The notes: generated by a model from the sequence alone, not told the origin. A stretch of DNA of 53,139 nt from Azolla caroliniana (GCA_043228905.1 JBHGNT010000207.1:1-53139), one strand, 5' to 3'; shown: positions 22,366 through 37,075, counted from the stretch's first letter. Numbers and translations are program-made.

Positions 22366-25300
22366 TTAATAGCTCTCGTCATCCGTTATGGGCCGGCGGA
22401 GGTGGTAACGCAAACAGTTAGTGAGCACCTACACCATATCGAGAAGATACCAAGAAATTAAATCTCTCTTCTTAGGAATTTTTTGCTGAAGTGGTAAAAC
22501 CAATCCATCATAAAAACATTCAAATATTTTCGTTTGCAAACAAACCTCAGCCATTGACTTGTTAAGTGCCTGGCCATGGTAACTGACATGAAGCTTGTCT
22601 TTTGCAACCAAACCCTGCCAAGCATTACATACGATATGAGCGTATGTGAACTCCAAAACATACAATGAGCGGACTCATATTTTTTTTAATATTCATTTTT
22701 CTAAATAAATGATTGAAAACCTTGCCCTACAAGCCAAAAGGTCGAGAGTTCAACTCCCACCTTCATGGCTCATTAAAATGAAAATACCTAGAAGATAATA
22801 ATATATTTGATAATGATATCAAACCTCGGTATCTATTTCAGCTGATTCGACATCAACATTGATATCATTAACTATCTGGACTACTTCCATCAAAAGACCA
22901 GGCTTATCTGCAGTCTCAATAGACAGCAAGCTGTGGCATAAAATGATTTATCGATCAGTAAACAAAATCAATCAATCAACAAATTCAGCTATAAATGTGT
23001 ATGCTTTATCCAAGGCACCAGCATATTTTAAAACAGGCGACAGCTGAATTCTTGAGAAAATGGCAACTTCTCAAATTAACACAATCTCTAAATTTCACAG
23101 TTCATCACATCTTTGAATCTATCTTGATACAATACATAAAACAAAGCTCTCTAGAAGAACCTTCGGGAAACAACGAAGGCAATGCAAGTTTCCAAGAGAT
23201 TACTAGAGACGAATATACATATCTACATACACATTAACTTACTGAATAATTAACTTCTTGCTAATTAAGTTTTTTGGCGAAGAAAGATTTAGATGTGTTG
23301 ATCACAACAAAACCATGGCATCTCAAACAAAATTTAGCAGTGAGACAGAACCTTCTTTTGGGTCCATCCTCAGTAATTTTTATGTGTGTTGCTACATCCA
23401 CATCAATCTGCATGGCACAATTACAAGGTGAATGAACTTCATGATACATTACATAAACTCCAAATCGACAATAATAATTAATAAAAAAATCACTGTGAGC
23501 CGACAAACCCAATTAAGATTCAAACAAGAAGAAAATAAGTGTATCCTTAAAACATACATCATGTGTATATTCATTCTGAAAGTTCACGAGGACTTGAGAA
23601 CTTACTTTCTTCTCAGGTGCCTTGATTCCCCAAGCTTCTCCCATAGCAAGTCTTTCACTTGACTCCTGAATTATAAACAAGCGAATAATATCACAAAATT
23701 GCCTAGAGATAGACATCTATACTTCGGGACCAAAACACTTAATATAGTTTACACTGTGCTCTCTAGAAGACTTATTTAGAACATGCTGATTCCTCCCTGA
23801 ATTAATGCATCAATAATGGTGACCAATTATGTAATCTGTGGATTAAAACTTTAAGTATCAAACCTTCATGAAACCAAACAGAAATTAGGATTGTGGTTAA
23901 GAGGTTAAGGCGAAATAAGATAGCAAAACTGTTTCAGGTGAAGGTCAATTCTCCCGTCAGGTATTGCATCCTTGTGACAGTTCGTCTACATAGCAAAACT
24001 CCTCTTGAGGCCCAAGGCACATCGGCTCTTCAAGATACACAGCGTAATGCTGCAAACAAAAGCGAAGATAATTCTCTATGGCGGTCATCTGGGGCAAATG
24101 AAGATATCAGCCCGCATAAGAAAAGAGTGTCTTGAGGGTTGGGTTCTTATACAACTGGTACTTCTCCCCCAAGAAAGTTATTTAGTATGCAACATAGATC
24201 GTGAAAGTAGCAAGATGATTGCACACCATACATGGCAATCACACAAACACATAGGAAACCACACTCTACTGGCCAAGGCTGAGCTAAACTCCGATTTCTA
24301 GTGTGATTTCCTATTTTGTGAGTTGATTCTAGTTTGTAACTAGATGTTCGTCAAATTTCTCATTAAGGTATAAAATGTTAGATTTTCTTTGCACAATGTT
24401 ATATTGGCTATATTCTACAATCCCGTCTCTCTCTAGTTTCCTCTTTGTGAGAACAGCATCATGTACAAATCATGATTGAGTCCCAAAATATCATACATCC
24501 CCATACTATCAAACTTCAATATGGAAAACCTGTTACACTTCAATAGCAATGAATGTCAAAAAATAACGAAGGAAATTCACACATGCTAACAATCATGGTG
24601 AGCAGACATCAAATTTGGAAAGAGAATCATTGGATAGCTCTTCAACTACAGTAACCACAATCCATTCTTTTAATTAGACGTTCCTATTATTTCTATACAC
24701 TTACTTGCACTAAAACTTCTGTACTCCCTATTAGAGACTAAAAGACTATGTAAAGACTTTGATAATATCATAAAAAATACAAGCTCCTTATCATGCATAA
24801 GTTCAACACTCACAGGATTAAACTATCATAAACCACTTCCAGCATGTTTGCAAAGCTTCTGCAGGCATAAATATAATAATGACGAAGACAATGCAGAAAG
24901 AAAAAACCTCTATCCAAAGACTTACTGGATGGTACTTGAGAAGATTTCTAATAATGGTGAGCCGCACTGCCTCTATCAATTCTGGGCTTTCAATTTTCCT
25001 TCCTGTGTCACTACAGAAAAGACGAGTCAACACTTGTCTGTGATAAATCAACATATATGCAAAAATGCATATTTTAGCATGCTCATGCAGCTACTAGCTA
25101 GATCCACAAAATTATTTTGCGTGTTCCACATTAACAATAACACAGGTTAGCATGCTAAGTGTATTGTGCATGTATTGAAAATCAAGAAAACAAATCATGA
25201 AACAAACAGTATTCCTACCTATATAGCAATATTTCTGTGCCTTGAAATACATAAATATTTGTATGTCTTACATCATTTTCATTGTATATCTAGGCATATA

Positions 25301-28300
25301 AAACAAAAATCAGAACCTAGAACATCCCGAGCAGGGTATGCAGTGCTCAGAACCCCAAAGTGTGTCGAATTACAAAGGATATATCGTAACCAATTCCTAC
25401 AAACCGGAGATTGCTGGAAAATACGTGTCGTATTAAATAATGTGTGTGAAGGTTGAGAAGAAACTATAATATGGCCATTGATAAGAAATCCATATACTCA
25501 TATATGTCTCAAAGAGTAATTTTAACTTCCATATCAATAAGTAATTTCAAGTTCAAAGCAAATTTCAAGATACATACGATCTTGTAATGAAAAATTTGGT
25601 TCTGATCACTCCATCTTCTTTCGTGACACTTCCTTTCAACACATCAAGACCAAGCTCTTTCAAAGCCTTCATCTGCATATCATGCATACAAGACAGGAAA
25701 TATTACCATTTCATTCATTTGTAAATTCAAAATGAATCATTAGTAAAAATAGAGGATCAAAAGCGTGATACAGAACTGTATCAAGAAGAGCTCCAAGACG
25801 ATCACCAAAGCTCAATTCAACAACTGTGGCATTAGTATCAGAGTCTTGATCAATCAACACAATTGGCACCGGAACACTATCATCATGATCCTGGGATAAT
25901 TCAGCCATCCACCATTACCTTACATCTCAACTTTATGAAATCAATATGCATGGATTTCCAATTCTGATTATAGCACAAAAATGAGAAATATCTGAGCTGA
26001 ACTATAAAATTTGACAAAAAATTATAATTGTACAATAATAAAAAAGTAAAATACCACTATTGTAGATTTACTTCCACTGATAAAGTTGTTTGCAGCATGA
26101 CAGATCAACCTGTTAAAGGCATAAATGGTTGTTTAATGATTCATCACCCAGAAGGGGACTTCAATAGTCCAGTTTACAGAATTTGATAGCAAACTGAGCC
26201 CCGTTATCTGTTTGTCTGAATAAATAATCAACAAAGACCAAATAGAAGACATGTAAAACACTGTCCAATAGTATTGTAACATTGGAAATAAATGGGATAA
26301 AACAAAATAGTAGGGCTATCACAGGTAGTCACATTGGCTCAGCCACCATTGCCTTACATCCAGCAAGGCAAAGATCCATGATAACGGTAAACCACAAGGT
26401 TATTAGTATCAATGCATCCAAAGGAGTGGTCAATATTGGTTGCAACTAAGAGAGAAGCAGATACAATGGCAAGGATAAATTGGCAATTGCATAAGTTACA
26501 CTGTATATGTGTCATAAAGACAGTGCCAAAACATGGCAAAAGGAAATATTATTTATCAAAAGAAACAGTAACAAGTTGTTGACAGTTCCCCCTCTGTTTG
26601 AGTCATCATTCAGATATCATTGACTGTTTTTTACATCTATTTCAGCTTACTTTCTGGTTTTCACTTTCACTCAGTCTGCAATAAAAAGCAAAGATGTTCT
26701 AAGGTATCCCCGCCCTCCAAAAACAAATGTGAGAACCATGTTGTTTACCTTGCTAGCCAGCAAACTTGCTCCTTACTTCCATACACAGCTACTCCATGCA
26801 TGGAAAGACATAACTGGTTCAGGCTCGAAAAGAATACCCATGCATGCATAATCATAGACAATGCTAAAGCAATGCATTGAACCCAAGTGCCGCCTTAGAT
26901 CATGGAAGGGGCAATTAGTATTTATCTATGCAAATCAGATAATCATCTGAGAGAGAAGTTTATATAAGTCAAGTATATATATATTCCGAAAAGAACAATT
27001 CAACAATATTTCATCCCCCCATGCATGCAATTCTGTAGGGATTCAATGGTGTGTGTGTGCAAAATGATACGACTATCAATCTACAATCTACTCACATATC
27101 AAAAATAAATGACTTGATGAATCCAAATATGGTCAAAGACACTCTCCTAGATCTCAAGATTGCTTGAGAACAAGATGTACAAGTCACAATGTGCTGCACT
27201 GTCTAAGAAACTCATTTGTAATCATATCAAGAGAGAACAATCATATCGAGTTGCAAAGCAAGCCTCAGAAACAATGCAGGAAAAAGTTGAAGGCGGAGTA
27301 TTAAATAATCAAATATGTCATTTTAATTTATATGGACCATACACAAAAAAAGCAAATAAATAATTAACAGGTGTACACTACATTACCCTCACATTCTTGT
27401 CCTTGACAAGAACTTCCCAGAAGAAAATGAAAACAGGAAAAAAAAATCCCCATAGTGTACTTCTAATTTCTTCACTTCTACAAAAAACTTTCCAAATATA
27501 TTGCAATTGTATCACAACAGACCGTCTCATCGCACAGGCAATGTATAAGAATGCCTTCACAATTTCCGAAAAAACTCTAATTCTTAGTGTAATTTGCATT
27601 AGGAAATTTTGAGGATAACTTTTCAATTGCTAGAATTACAAGGGAGATGAATTCAAATCTCCTAGAATTTTCCATTAAAAATTGAAAAAAAAAAAAACTA
27701 CTTTTAAACTTAAGGATTTGTTTCTGTATAACTTTTTAGGCAAGGATTGGTTTCTCCAGCACTGAGACCTTCCACTCCAATGCAATATGAGTACATGACG
27801 ATTTCCACTGCACACACAATATTCTGAGTAGAGGTCTGTGAAAGTATAATCCTATCTCTTATGGGTTATTTTCATTTTATTTTGTATTTCTTTTTATTTG
27901 TTTGTTTTTCAGATCATCCATGAATCATGGAACATAAAATATGGAAGGAAATGTTCAAGGAACATAAGATGAAGAAAAGAATGGGGAATTTTCTAATCAT
28001 GATGGATGAACTAAATCTTTCTCTCTCTTGTGATAATGATAATGTCTCTTTCTCTTAATCCCCTTGGACATGCCAATTCTTCTCAGCATGCTTGCGTGCG
28101 GTGCTTAAAGCGATCACTATACTAGAAATACACACTATCCAGGAATCAGAGCACAGGAAGACTAAATAAAGAAGTTTTAACACAGAACGAACAAAGACAG
28201 AGCAAGAAAGCATATAAAAAAAGAGGCTCAAAAAGAAGAAGAGGTTCAGATGCAGAGATCATACCTGGATGTGGAAAATACATTGACTTTATTAATTGGA

Positions 28301-28461
28301 TTTCTTCTGGGCGAGTTCGGATAGAGGGATGAAAAGGGTTTGGAGGCATTCTGGAAACGATGGGCGATCAGCAGACCTGCCAGGGAGGAGGAGGAGGAGG
28401 AGGAAGAAGAAGAAGAAGAGGAGGAGGAGGAGGAGCATGAGATCTGTGTAAGGGCTGCCAT
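22366..28461 (-). CDS. ACR12: Plastid-targeted ACT domain repeat protein (ACR12 / ACR11 group), 10 exons, ~299 aa
   Basis: Exons 28461-28265, 26109-26055, 25890-25777, 25672-25578, 25010-24926, 23665-23606, 23407-23352, 22930-22825, 22614-22546, 22428-22366, all phase-consistent. Ser-rich transit peptide; [44 protein letters not shown]; [11 protein letters not shown]...LLKYHP; [15 protein letters not shown]; IETADKPGL; ends [16 protein letters not shown]. Confidence 0.9.
28385..28435. repeat. (GAG/GAA)n microsatellite encoding poly-Ser in the ACR12 transit peptide
   Basis: Directly visible. Confidence 0.9.
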
Positions 28462-28772
28462 GGCTTCTTTGTTGAGCTTCCCAAAGGAGCAGAGGGCAAG
28501 AGATGATGATGAAGAAGAAGAAGAAGAAGAAAAAGAAAAAGAGAGAAAGAGATACTTAGGCTCTCAGCCTCTTCTTCTCTACTTCTTCTTCATTTTGGGC
28601 CTCTTTTATATATCCTCCTACTACATACATATGTATGTATGTACTTAACTCTTGTGTGTGTGTTGAGGGGGGGGGGTCCCACTAGCAAGAGCAGGAGAAT
28701 GGCGGAACGCGCACGAGTCGATGCTCTCCTGTCACTTGTATCCTCCCTCGCTTTTTCTGCCCTAGCCAAGAG

Positions 28773-28815
<43 letters not shown>

Positions 28816-28840
28816 CTGATTGATTGATTGATAGATGGAC
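28773..28840. repeat. (GATA)n/(GATT)n microsatellite
   Basis: Directly visible. Confidence 0.95.
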
Positions 28841-31800
28841 TTACTGACATATAGATAGATAGGTTCTGTTATTGCCTTCGGATGTCAAATATATGACCTA
28901 TGAGACCCAACTGTATTAGATTTCATGCTGTCATACATTGGCGAATGCGAGTAGCGACTCTCGATGTTCGAGAACTTTTTGCCGATGAATGTCGCAAATC
29001 GAGAGTGCACATTCGTGGTTTGTGAGAGGAACTCGTGCAAAAGGACTCGGGTTTTGGTCGAAGATGTGTGGAAAGCATGGTTGATGTATGATCGAAAGGC
29101 TGAGCATTTTCTGAAAGTATGATAGTCAAACTCTCAAACTTGTTTAGGGTTGACAGACAAAGACAGAGAAGAAGAAGAAGAATAAGCATGTGCCTTACCC
29201 TAGTAATTGGAAATGTCTTCTTTGTAACGAGAGAAGCGGAAACACACATGTGGATCATTGTTACCGTGGCCATATTTTGCTCCGATGTCCATGGGAAAAC
29301 TCTTTTTTCATGATGCGAGAAATAGAAAACCGTGTGTGTGTATCCTTTGTCGTGGTTGCCCCAGTGCTCACAGATAACACTTTCTAGAATGAGACAATCA
29401 AGAAAAGAAACTTGTGTTACTAATGACGTGATATAACCCTTTCGTAAACTATAGGAGCGAAGACCCTTGTTCATTACGCGGGAAAGAATTGCATTGATGC
29501 TCATTTAAAACTCTTTTCTAACACCAAAGAAATAGCATTACTGCATGCATTACATTGGCTAGGATATGCCTCAATGCTTATGATAAGAGTTTTTTTTTTT
29601 GAACTATAGAAACCCAAAAACGTATGCATTGTCCGGGATAAAAATAGTATTTTTGCTCCTAACTAGCCTTTTTTCTTGAAAGAGAGAACAAAAAGAGCTT
29701 ATGCATTATCCTTATCGAGATCGTTTGATGCTCACAAAAAATGATTCTTCTTGATAGTTGAAGAAATAAACCCTTTGCACAACCCTAGTCGCGATTCTCA
29801 ATATTTAGCATCTTAAGAATATCGCACGATTTCGTGCCCCATTTTCTAGATGACTAATCCAATCATGTGAAAGTTAGAATTGACAAGCCTATAAAATTTT
29901 ACACATAATCAAATATCTACACTTGATATTAAATCAAAATTTCCCTCGCACATCCTTTCAAGAAATGATGTTTGTACATTATCAGTAAGGAATGAATTCA
30001 ATAAGCAATTGAGCGGCAAAACATCTTTTTATTCAACTTCTTGGTGTAAATAATTGGTCGTATCTTATTGAACTATTTTTTAGCAAAGAGCATAACTTTA
30101 TTTGTCCTATACCAAAGACTCCTAATTCAACATTAGAAGCATTCTCATTGATAGACATATCAAACAAAAATCGCACTTGGTACAACATTTCTAATATATG
30201 GTTCTTCATCTAGACAACTGCAGAAACCTAAGGTATATTATGTATGCCAATGCTTCAAGACTCCTTTGAGCATATTCCTTTTTTGCAATTACATTGAAAG
30301 CATTGTCCTTGTGATAGGAAGAGTGTACAAATTTTGTCCCATTTTGAATAAAAAAAGCACCCAACTAGTAATTTGCTATATTTTCTCTTCGGGTTTTTTA
30401 TGGATAGACATTTCTTTGTGAGATTTGGATTCGTGAACTAATGTCCAAACTATATCCATTATTTTCTCGCTTGATTGCACGATAAAGTTTATTGACTCTC
30501 ATATGTTGGCCAAACTACATTTTGATTACACAGTATAAGGGAGGATGACTAATAACCCGTAAATTTCACCCTTCTCATCCAATACAAAACATGGCCATAT
30601 GGAATTGCATGGGGTCACACAACATGATTTACTTTGATGGGCTCCCTAATGGACAAAGATGGAATGAAGAAAATGTATCATGCAATAGTCTTGAGCCTCA
30701 TTTTAAATCCAATAAATGGAAAGAGACGTTGGGTTCTTCTTATGGATAAACAACCCTCGAACTAATGTTGCATCAGGCTTAACAATAAACATGTCTAGGA
30801 AAAATGTGCCCTCTCTTATTTTTTCCTTGTCCAAGAAAAAGTCACTCAAAACTCAAAATATATACAGTGAGAACATATAAGTATGGGAAATTTGCACCAT
30901 TTCATCTTTATTTTTGTATGATTTGCTAATATTTCATGAATGAAAAAATGCTTGATTAGATACGAGACTTGCAATCAATTTTGATTCACACCAAACTTGA
31001 CATGTTCTCATTTGATGGACTATGAAAGCTTTTACTCTATTGGCACATATGGAGTTTCAAACTCAATGTTCAGTTTAGTGAGACAATGTTATGGCATTGT
31101 AATGTGAGGAGAGAAATTGAGGGTGTGTTTGTCTACATGAGACAAAAGGAAAGTTTGTATTTTACATCAAATGAAATATTCTCGCCCCTTCATTGAAGTA
31201 AAACCAAGTTTTGATTCTATGATCTATGTGGAGATCATGAGGGAATGAAATTTTTAATTTGGCATACATGAAATCCTCACGACCCTCTATCCTAGTGAGG
31301 CCAAGTTGATATCTCAAATTATATGAAAGATTTTCAAGTGCCGATCCTATTAAGACCATGTTTCATTCTATAATCCATGATGTTATTCTTGACCAACAAC
31401 CCTAGCGAAACCAAGAAATTATGACATCTGATCTTGGACCATCTAATATATATTATTGGTCATTATACAAAGGTTTAGTAGTTGTTTCCAAATTAAGAAG
31501 ATTATTGGTTTTGACAATTAGGAATGCCATTTATTTGGTTCGGCAATTTAGGTTGAGAATTCAAGGCATGTTGCACAAGAAGATGGAAGATATTTTTCAT
31601 AAGGACTCCTATAATGTATGCTCAACCCTTTGTCATAATGAGACCAAATTAAATATATGTAACACATGTAAATAATGTAATGCTCAATACATAGAACAAA
31701 TGGATTGCAATTTGTGATTCATTCATAGTCTTTAACTATTAACTTCGAAGAAATTGGGTGACCGTTCAATGACAAAGATGGAAGAACCATCTAGTTTTGT

Positions 31801-33599
31801 ATTTGTCCCTTATTTAAAGGTGTTATCACATGCGCACTCACAAAGGAAAAGATTGTTTTTACGACAAAATATGGAAGCCGAAAAATATAGTTTTTTAGCA
31901 TTTGTGTGTCATGTTACAATCTTTCCATCTTTGTTGATTCAAGCCTTTTATTATGTACTCACTCTTGTAATTGTCACATCTTGTGATTCAACATTTGTTA
32001 CACATTTCCAATCTCTTTCCACCAACATGGAAATGGGCATGCTTGGATTCTCGATACATGTTTAGTGATGGTTTGATTGATTAACGATGTACTTTAGACA
32101 AATGTATTACATTATATTTTTAAAATGGCATCTAGATAAGTTGTTTAGACAATTGCAATGACGATAATAGCACCTTACGTGACTTGCTAGTTTTGATCCA
32201 TTCATCATTTATTAAAAATATTGTTGGTCTCAGTTGGACACATTTCTATGCACTAAATCAAAATGTGAGTTGTCATCCACTTGCTTTTAAAGAATATTCA
32301 AGTTAATACACAACACCAACACTTTGACGTGTCTTGAACAATATATAATAAAAGTGGATAAGAATTGCATTATCTTTAAGCATGTGTATGATTGGGAATT
32401 CATTAAAGTCTTGGTGAATAAATTATTGACGAATACGAGGTTTATGTCTTGTGATTTCTAGCTAGCATGGAGATATGTCTTTTTAAAATATATTGACGAA
32501 GTATTTTTTTTATGTTGAGAGGACACTATTGGCGGAAGGTGGGGGGTTGGTAGTTCGTAAAAAACAAGATTACAAATCTAATGGACTACTCATATTTGTA
32601 AACATACATATCAATGAAAAAACCATTAGACATTGTGAAATGTTTTTAAACTTCCCTACTTCATAAGGCTTTTCATATGACACCTAAAAATATGGCTCAT
32701 AAAAGAGGCTTTTCTTTAATCGACTACAATGATTAATAGTGCAATAGCTAATAGCACTTGTTTGTGGGTTGTGAAAATAAGTCATGATTTCCCTTATTGG
32801 ATGAGACGCTATTGTTGATTTGTTGGTCATGTGAACAATTTCATAGAGATGTCAAGAAACGTGAGATGGTTCTACAATGGATATTATAAATACAAGCATA
32901 TTTAAAGCTTGAAGTTTTGGCCCAAAGTAATGCATTCCACTATGTGTGGAGTGTGTGCGTATATGAGGAGCTATGTATAGCCTTGTAATGCTTCATGAAT
33001 GAGTGTAAACATCATAGGATGTAACCTATTTATTTATATTGGTCGCGGGATAACATATTACTTTATGTGGGACGATGTCATACACAATTTCTTATATCCA
33101 ATGCACCAAACCATGTACAAGTTGATAAAAAAACACATGTTGGTAGTCAACAATGACAGTAACAAGTTGGAAGGGCCCTCCAACTTCCAAGCATCTAGAT
33201 ATAATGTCATCGTTCCGTCTTGAAGACATCAAGGATGGAGCAATAATTTAATTTCAACTAGAAATATCCCACATTGAAACATCATTGTTTTTATTAAATA
33301 ATCTAATATGAATTGCATGTCCATATAGAAATGATTTTCCATACGTGGAACATGTATCTTGCTTATGCATAGCCTAATTTAGTTTTTCATTGACTACACG
33401 TGGTTCCCAATTGTTACTTGCTTGTCAATTTTACTTTTGCGAGTTATTTGCTTATACAAAGACATTCGAACATGGTGATCATACCCATTTTGTTTTGTTT
33501 GGGTGTCGAATATGGAAGTTTGATTAGTAAGAGATGGGATTTGGTATACAAATTTGGAATTGTGCTTATTGTCACGAAATAGTGACATAAAATACATTG

Positions 33600-34757
33600 T
33601 TGGTGTCTCCGGTGAGAACCGCACATGGTCGCTCACGTTCGTTGGTGTTCCAGTCTTCGGTGAGGACCACACATGGTCGCTCACGCCCGTCGATGCTCCA
33701 ATTCTTGCTCACCCCTACACTATGGTTTCAAAAAGGCAGTCGTAAAGGGGAGGATAATGTCACGACATCTTGTCTCCTACTTCATCTCTATCTTCATGCT
33801 CTTTGTGTCATTCCTAGCTTCTTAAGTTCCACGCTCTTAGTCCCATCATTCGTGCTCCGTTCGAGTCCGCGGTTGGTGTGTCCGTGACAGTTTGAATCCC
33901 TTCACACTGGAAGCATCACGTGTCTTCGTCATCGCCCTTGCTTCTAAAGTTACCATCATCACCGTCCTTGCTTCCAGAGTTACCATCATCAACATCCTTG
34001 GTTTTAGAGATGCCATCGTCACCATAGTCACAATCGTTCCTTCTAGAGACACTTCCTCCTCCTCATCATCGTCTTCACTACCTTGTCTTCAACATCATCA
34101 TTTTTTAGCACCTCTTGTTGTCTTCATCAACGCTACTTCGCCCAACCTTCATCATCATCAACACTACTTTGCATGGTCTTTCATTATCATCATTGTTCCA
34201 CCCTCTTCATTGTCATTTTCATCATCTATATATACCATTTTGGTGAGGATTGATTTCGATTGCTCACCATCACAATTCCGGTGGGGGTTACAACTGCTCA
34301 CTTTCCTGGTGGGGGTCGAATCATTGCTCGCTCGCACTCCATTTTCATTTTGGTCCACATTTCGTTCCACTTTCCTTTGATGAGGATCGATTTCGATTGC
34401 TCACCTTCTAGTTTTGGTGGGAATCACAACCACTCACTTTCCTAGTGGGGATCGTGTCAATTTCTCGCTAGTGCTAACGTTTGTGATGTGTTTTGGGTCA
34501 ACTTCGACTATTTACCCTCTCATGATAGAAGAGGTCGAGTCGACCGCTTCACCTACACTCCTTTGCCCGTTTCTAGTCAGGACCACACATGGTTGCTCAC
34601 GCCCGTTGGTGTTCCCATTCCCGGTGAGGACCACACACGGTCGCTCATGTCCGTCAGTGTTCGTGTCTTCGGTGAGGACCGCACACGGTCGCCCATGCCC
34701 GTCTGTGTTCATGTCCCGGTGAGGACCGCACATGGTCACTCATGTCCGTTGTCGCGT
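33600..34757 (+). repeat. Repeat-rich block: ~48 bp unit (GGTGAGGACCRCACAYGGTCGCTCAYGYCCGT...) in two arrays, plus ~30 bp and ~135 bp repeats
   Basis: 48-mers start near 33611, 33659, 34577, 34623, 34671 and 34718. 30-mers at ~33930-34030. Duplicated tgaggat.gatttcgattgctcacc at ~34243 and ~34381. Probably the leader of a decayed element. Confidence 0.75.
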
Positions 34758-37075
34758 TGTTATGCGCGTGCGTGGAGAAACGAGGCGGGACCACCGGGGT
34801 CTTGAACCGAAGAGCAGGTGATAGAAGGGGAAAGAGAAAGAGAGAGACGCCCGGTCACGTACGAGCAAAGAAACACAGGGGCACGGCCCGTCAACACAGA
34901 AGACACGAATGGACACAGAGACAGGGAGGCACAAGTGTTTGTATATTAACGAATAACAAATACACAACAGAGCACGCGAGCGGTTACAACCAAACAGGCC
35001 GGCGAACAGATGCTAATGCCTGTTCGTTTGCGCACAAAAGGGAAAAGAAAGGCGGAGGTGCTGCCGGAAGCACACAGGCTTTCCTCGAAGCAACGCGAGC
35101 CTCCCGAAAACCTACAGAGAAGAGCGATGGAGAACGAACAGAGGAGAAGCGTTCGGTTACGGTCCGACAACACTTCGTCCTCCTTAATGCGCGATCCCTT
35201 CTCCCTGTGTCTCCCTCACCTTTATAGCGTCAAGAAGGGAGCCGTCTCCCTCATTTACTTCCTACCTACCGAATCTAACTACCCAGGATACACCTACGTA
35301 CTTAATTCCCTATTATATACTATAAACGTAAGTTACGGATTGCACTCGGCCTACACTGCTTGCCGGTTCGGTTGTTCACCGTCATATCGATCCGTTTCGC
35401 CCGATCCGTCTCGCTTACCGGCTCCGGCTTATTCAGCCGATCCGGCTCCGGTTGAGCTTGCCGCTCAACACTCCCCCTCAAGCTCAACCCGAGGTGGGGT
35501 CGTAGTGTTGATCTCTGTGGCAGTCTATTCTTCCAACCGACTTCTTCTGGCGTCACTCCGCCTTGCTCGCGCTCCTCGTCCGGTCCGGTCCCGTTTGCCG
35601 CGACCCCTTTGGTTCTGCGCGCCTCGACCCTCTCGGTCGGCATGTCTGCTCAATAGGCCCATCTCAGCACTCATGTTGTTGTGACTCCGGCGCTTGCCGA
35701 TCCGTCGGTTCTCCCACGATGGCAACGACTTCCGCTGTGTCCGTGTCCCCTTGGCCTTCAGTTGATCCGACTCATCTGGATCCATCTGTTGATCCGAGTC
35801 AGCTGTCTCTGACTCGTTCCAGCTCTTGTCCGAATCGGTACACTCCGATTCGACTTCCGGCTTCAGGCCTCTCACCACATCGGACCACTTCCGTGTCTTG
35901 GCCTTCTCCATGCTTCCCTCGGCTTCTTCAGCCGGTGAACCGAAATCGAATTCTTCATTCGACTCTGTATCATGGTTAGTACCGTCGTGATGACCTCCGC
36001 ACAACATGCACTTCTCTTCCCAAGTGCACAACTCTTCTTCACAGCCGCTTGCTTCGACCTGTTCGGATGTGTCGACTTCCTTCGTCGACTCGGCTTCCTT
36101 CATCTTCTTGTCTCCTCTTCTTCCGGTTCTCCCCTTACCGACGGGTTCAGCCGGTTTAGAGACTTTGCCCTTGCTTCTCCCCCTCAAGTGTGGCACGTCA
36201 AGATGCTGAACACCAAGCATGTCGGTAAAGTGCTGCAACTTGTCCGATCCGAGCGGCTTGGTGAAGATGTCGGCAACTTGCCGATCCGTATGAACATACC
36301 GTAGGTCAACTTCACCGCTCAGGACCTGCTCACGCACGAAGTGGTAGTGCACCTCGATGTGCTTTGTGCGAGCATGGAACACAGGGTTCCTTGCGAGCTG
36401 CAGGCTGCTCATGTTATCGCAGTAAATCGGGACCGGGGTCGGTACCTCGAGCTGCAAGTCTCGCAGCAGTCGCCGAAGCCAAATGGCTTCACAAGTGGCA
36501 ATGGTAGCGGCCCGGTACTCAGCCTCAGTGCTTGACAAAGCCACTGTGGGCTGCTTCTTGCTGCTCCACGCAACGACCGCGCTACCTATGGAGAACATGT
36601 ATCCGGAAGTGGAGCGGCGATCAGACGCATCGCCGGCCCAGTCAGCATATGTGTAACCGACAAGCTCTTCGGGTATACCTCGCTGGTATAGCAGTCCCCG
36701 GTCCTTAGTGCCGCTGACATACCGTAATATACGTTGCGCGCACTGAAGGTGCTCCACAGTCGGCTTTTGCATGAACTGACTTACCATGCCGACCGGATAG
36801 CTGATGTCGGGTCGGGTGATGGTTAAGTAGATCAGGCTTCCGACAACCTGTCGGAACCATTTCTCATTGCAGGCCGGTCCGGAGTTGGGACAGAGCTTCT
36901 GGTTCCGGTCCAGGGGTGTGGAGACAGGTCGGCAATCCGTCATGCCGAACTTATACAACATATTCAACACGTAATGTCGTTGTGAGAGCAATATGACGTC
37001 GGGGGTCTGGATCACTTCGATCCCAAGAAAATAATGAAGGTCCCCCAGGTCCTTCATTTCGAATGCGTCCGACAA
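34758..37075 (-). mobile_element. Ty1/copia 3' fragment: RT-RNase H with in-frame C-terminal extension, PPT, 3' LTR 35470-34758
   Basis: ORF 37075-35525 (MKDLGDLHYFLGIEV...YADWAGD...ALSSTEAEY...HARTKHIEVHYHF). PPT CTTGAGGGGGAG at 35482-35471. LTR TGTTGAGCG...CATAACA. Confidence 0.9.

Noticed and set aside
22735-22770. B-box-like GGTCGAGAGTTCAACTCCC in an ACR12 intron as a tRNA gene
   Set aside because: No A box or cloverleaf; at most a SINE or tRNA fragment.
28923-29504. 193 aa minus-strand ORF upstream of ACR12
   Set aside because: No recognisable domain or splice context; includes low-complexity sequence; likely a chance ORF in decayed repeat DNA.
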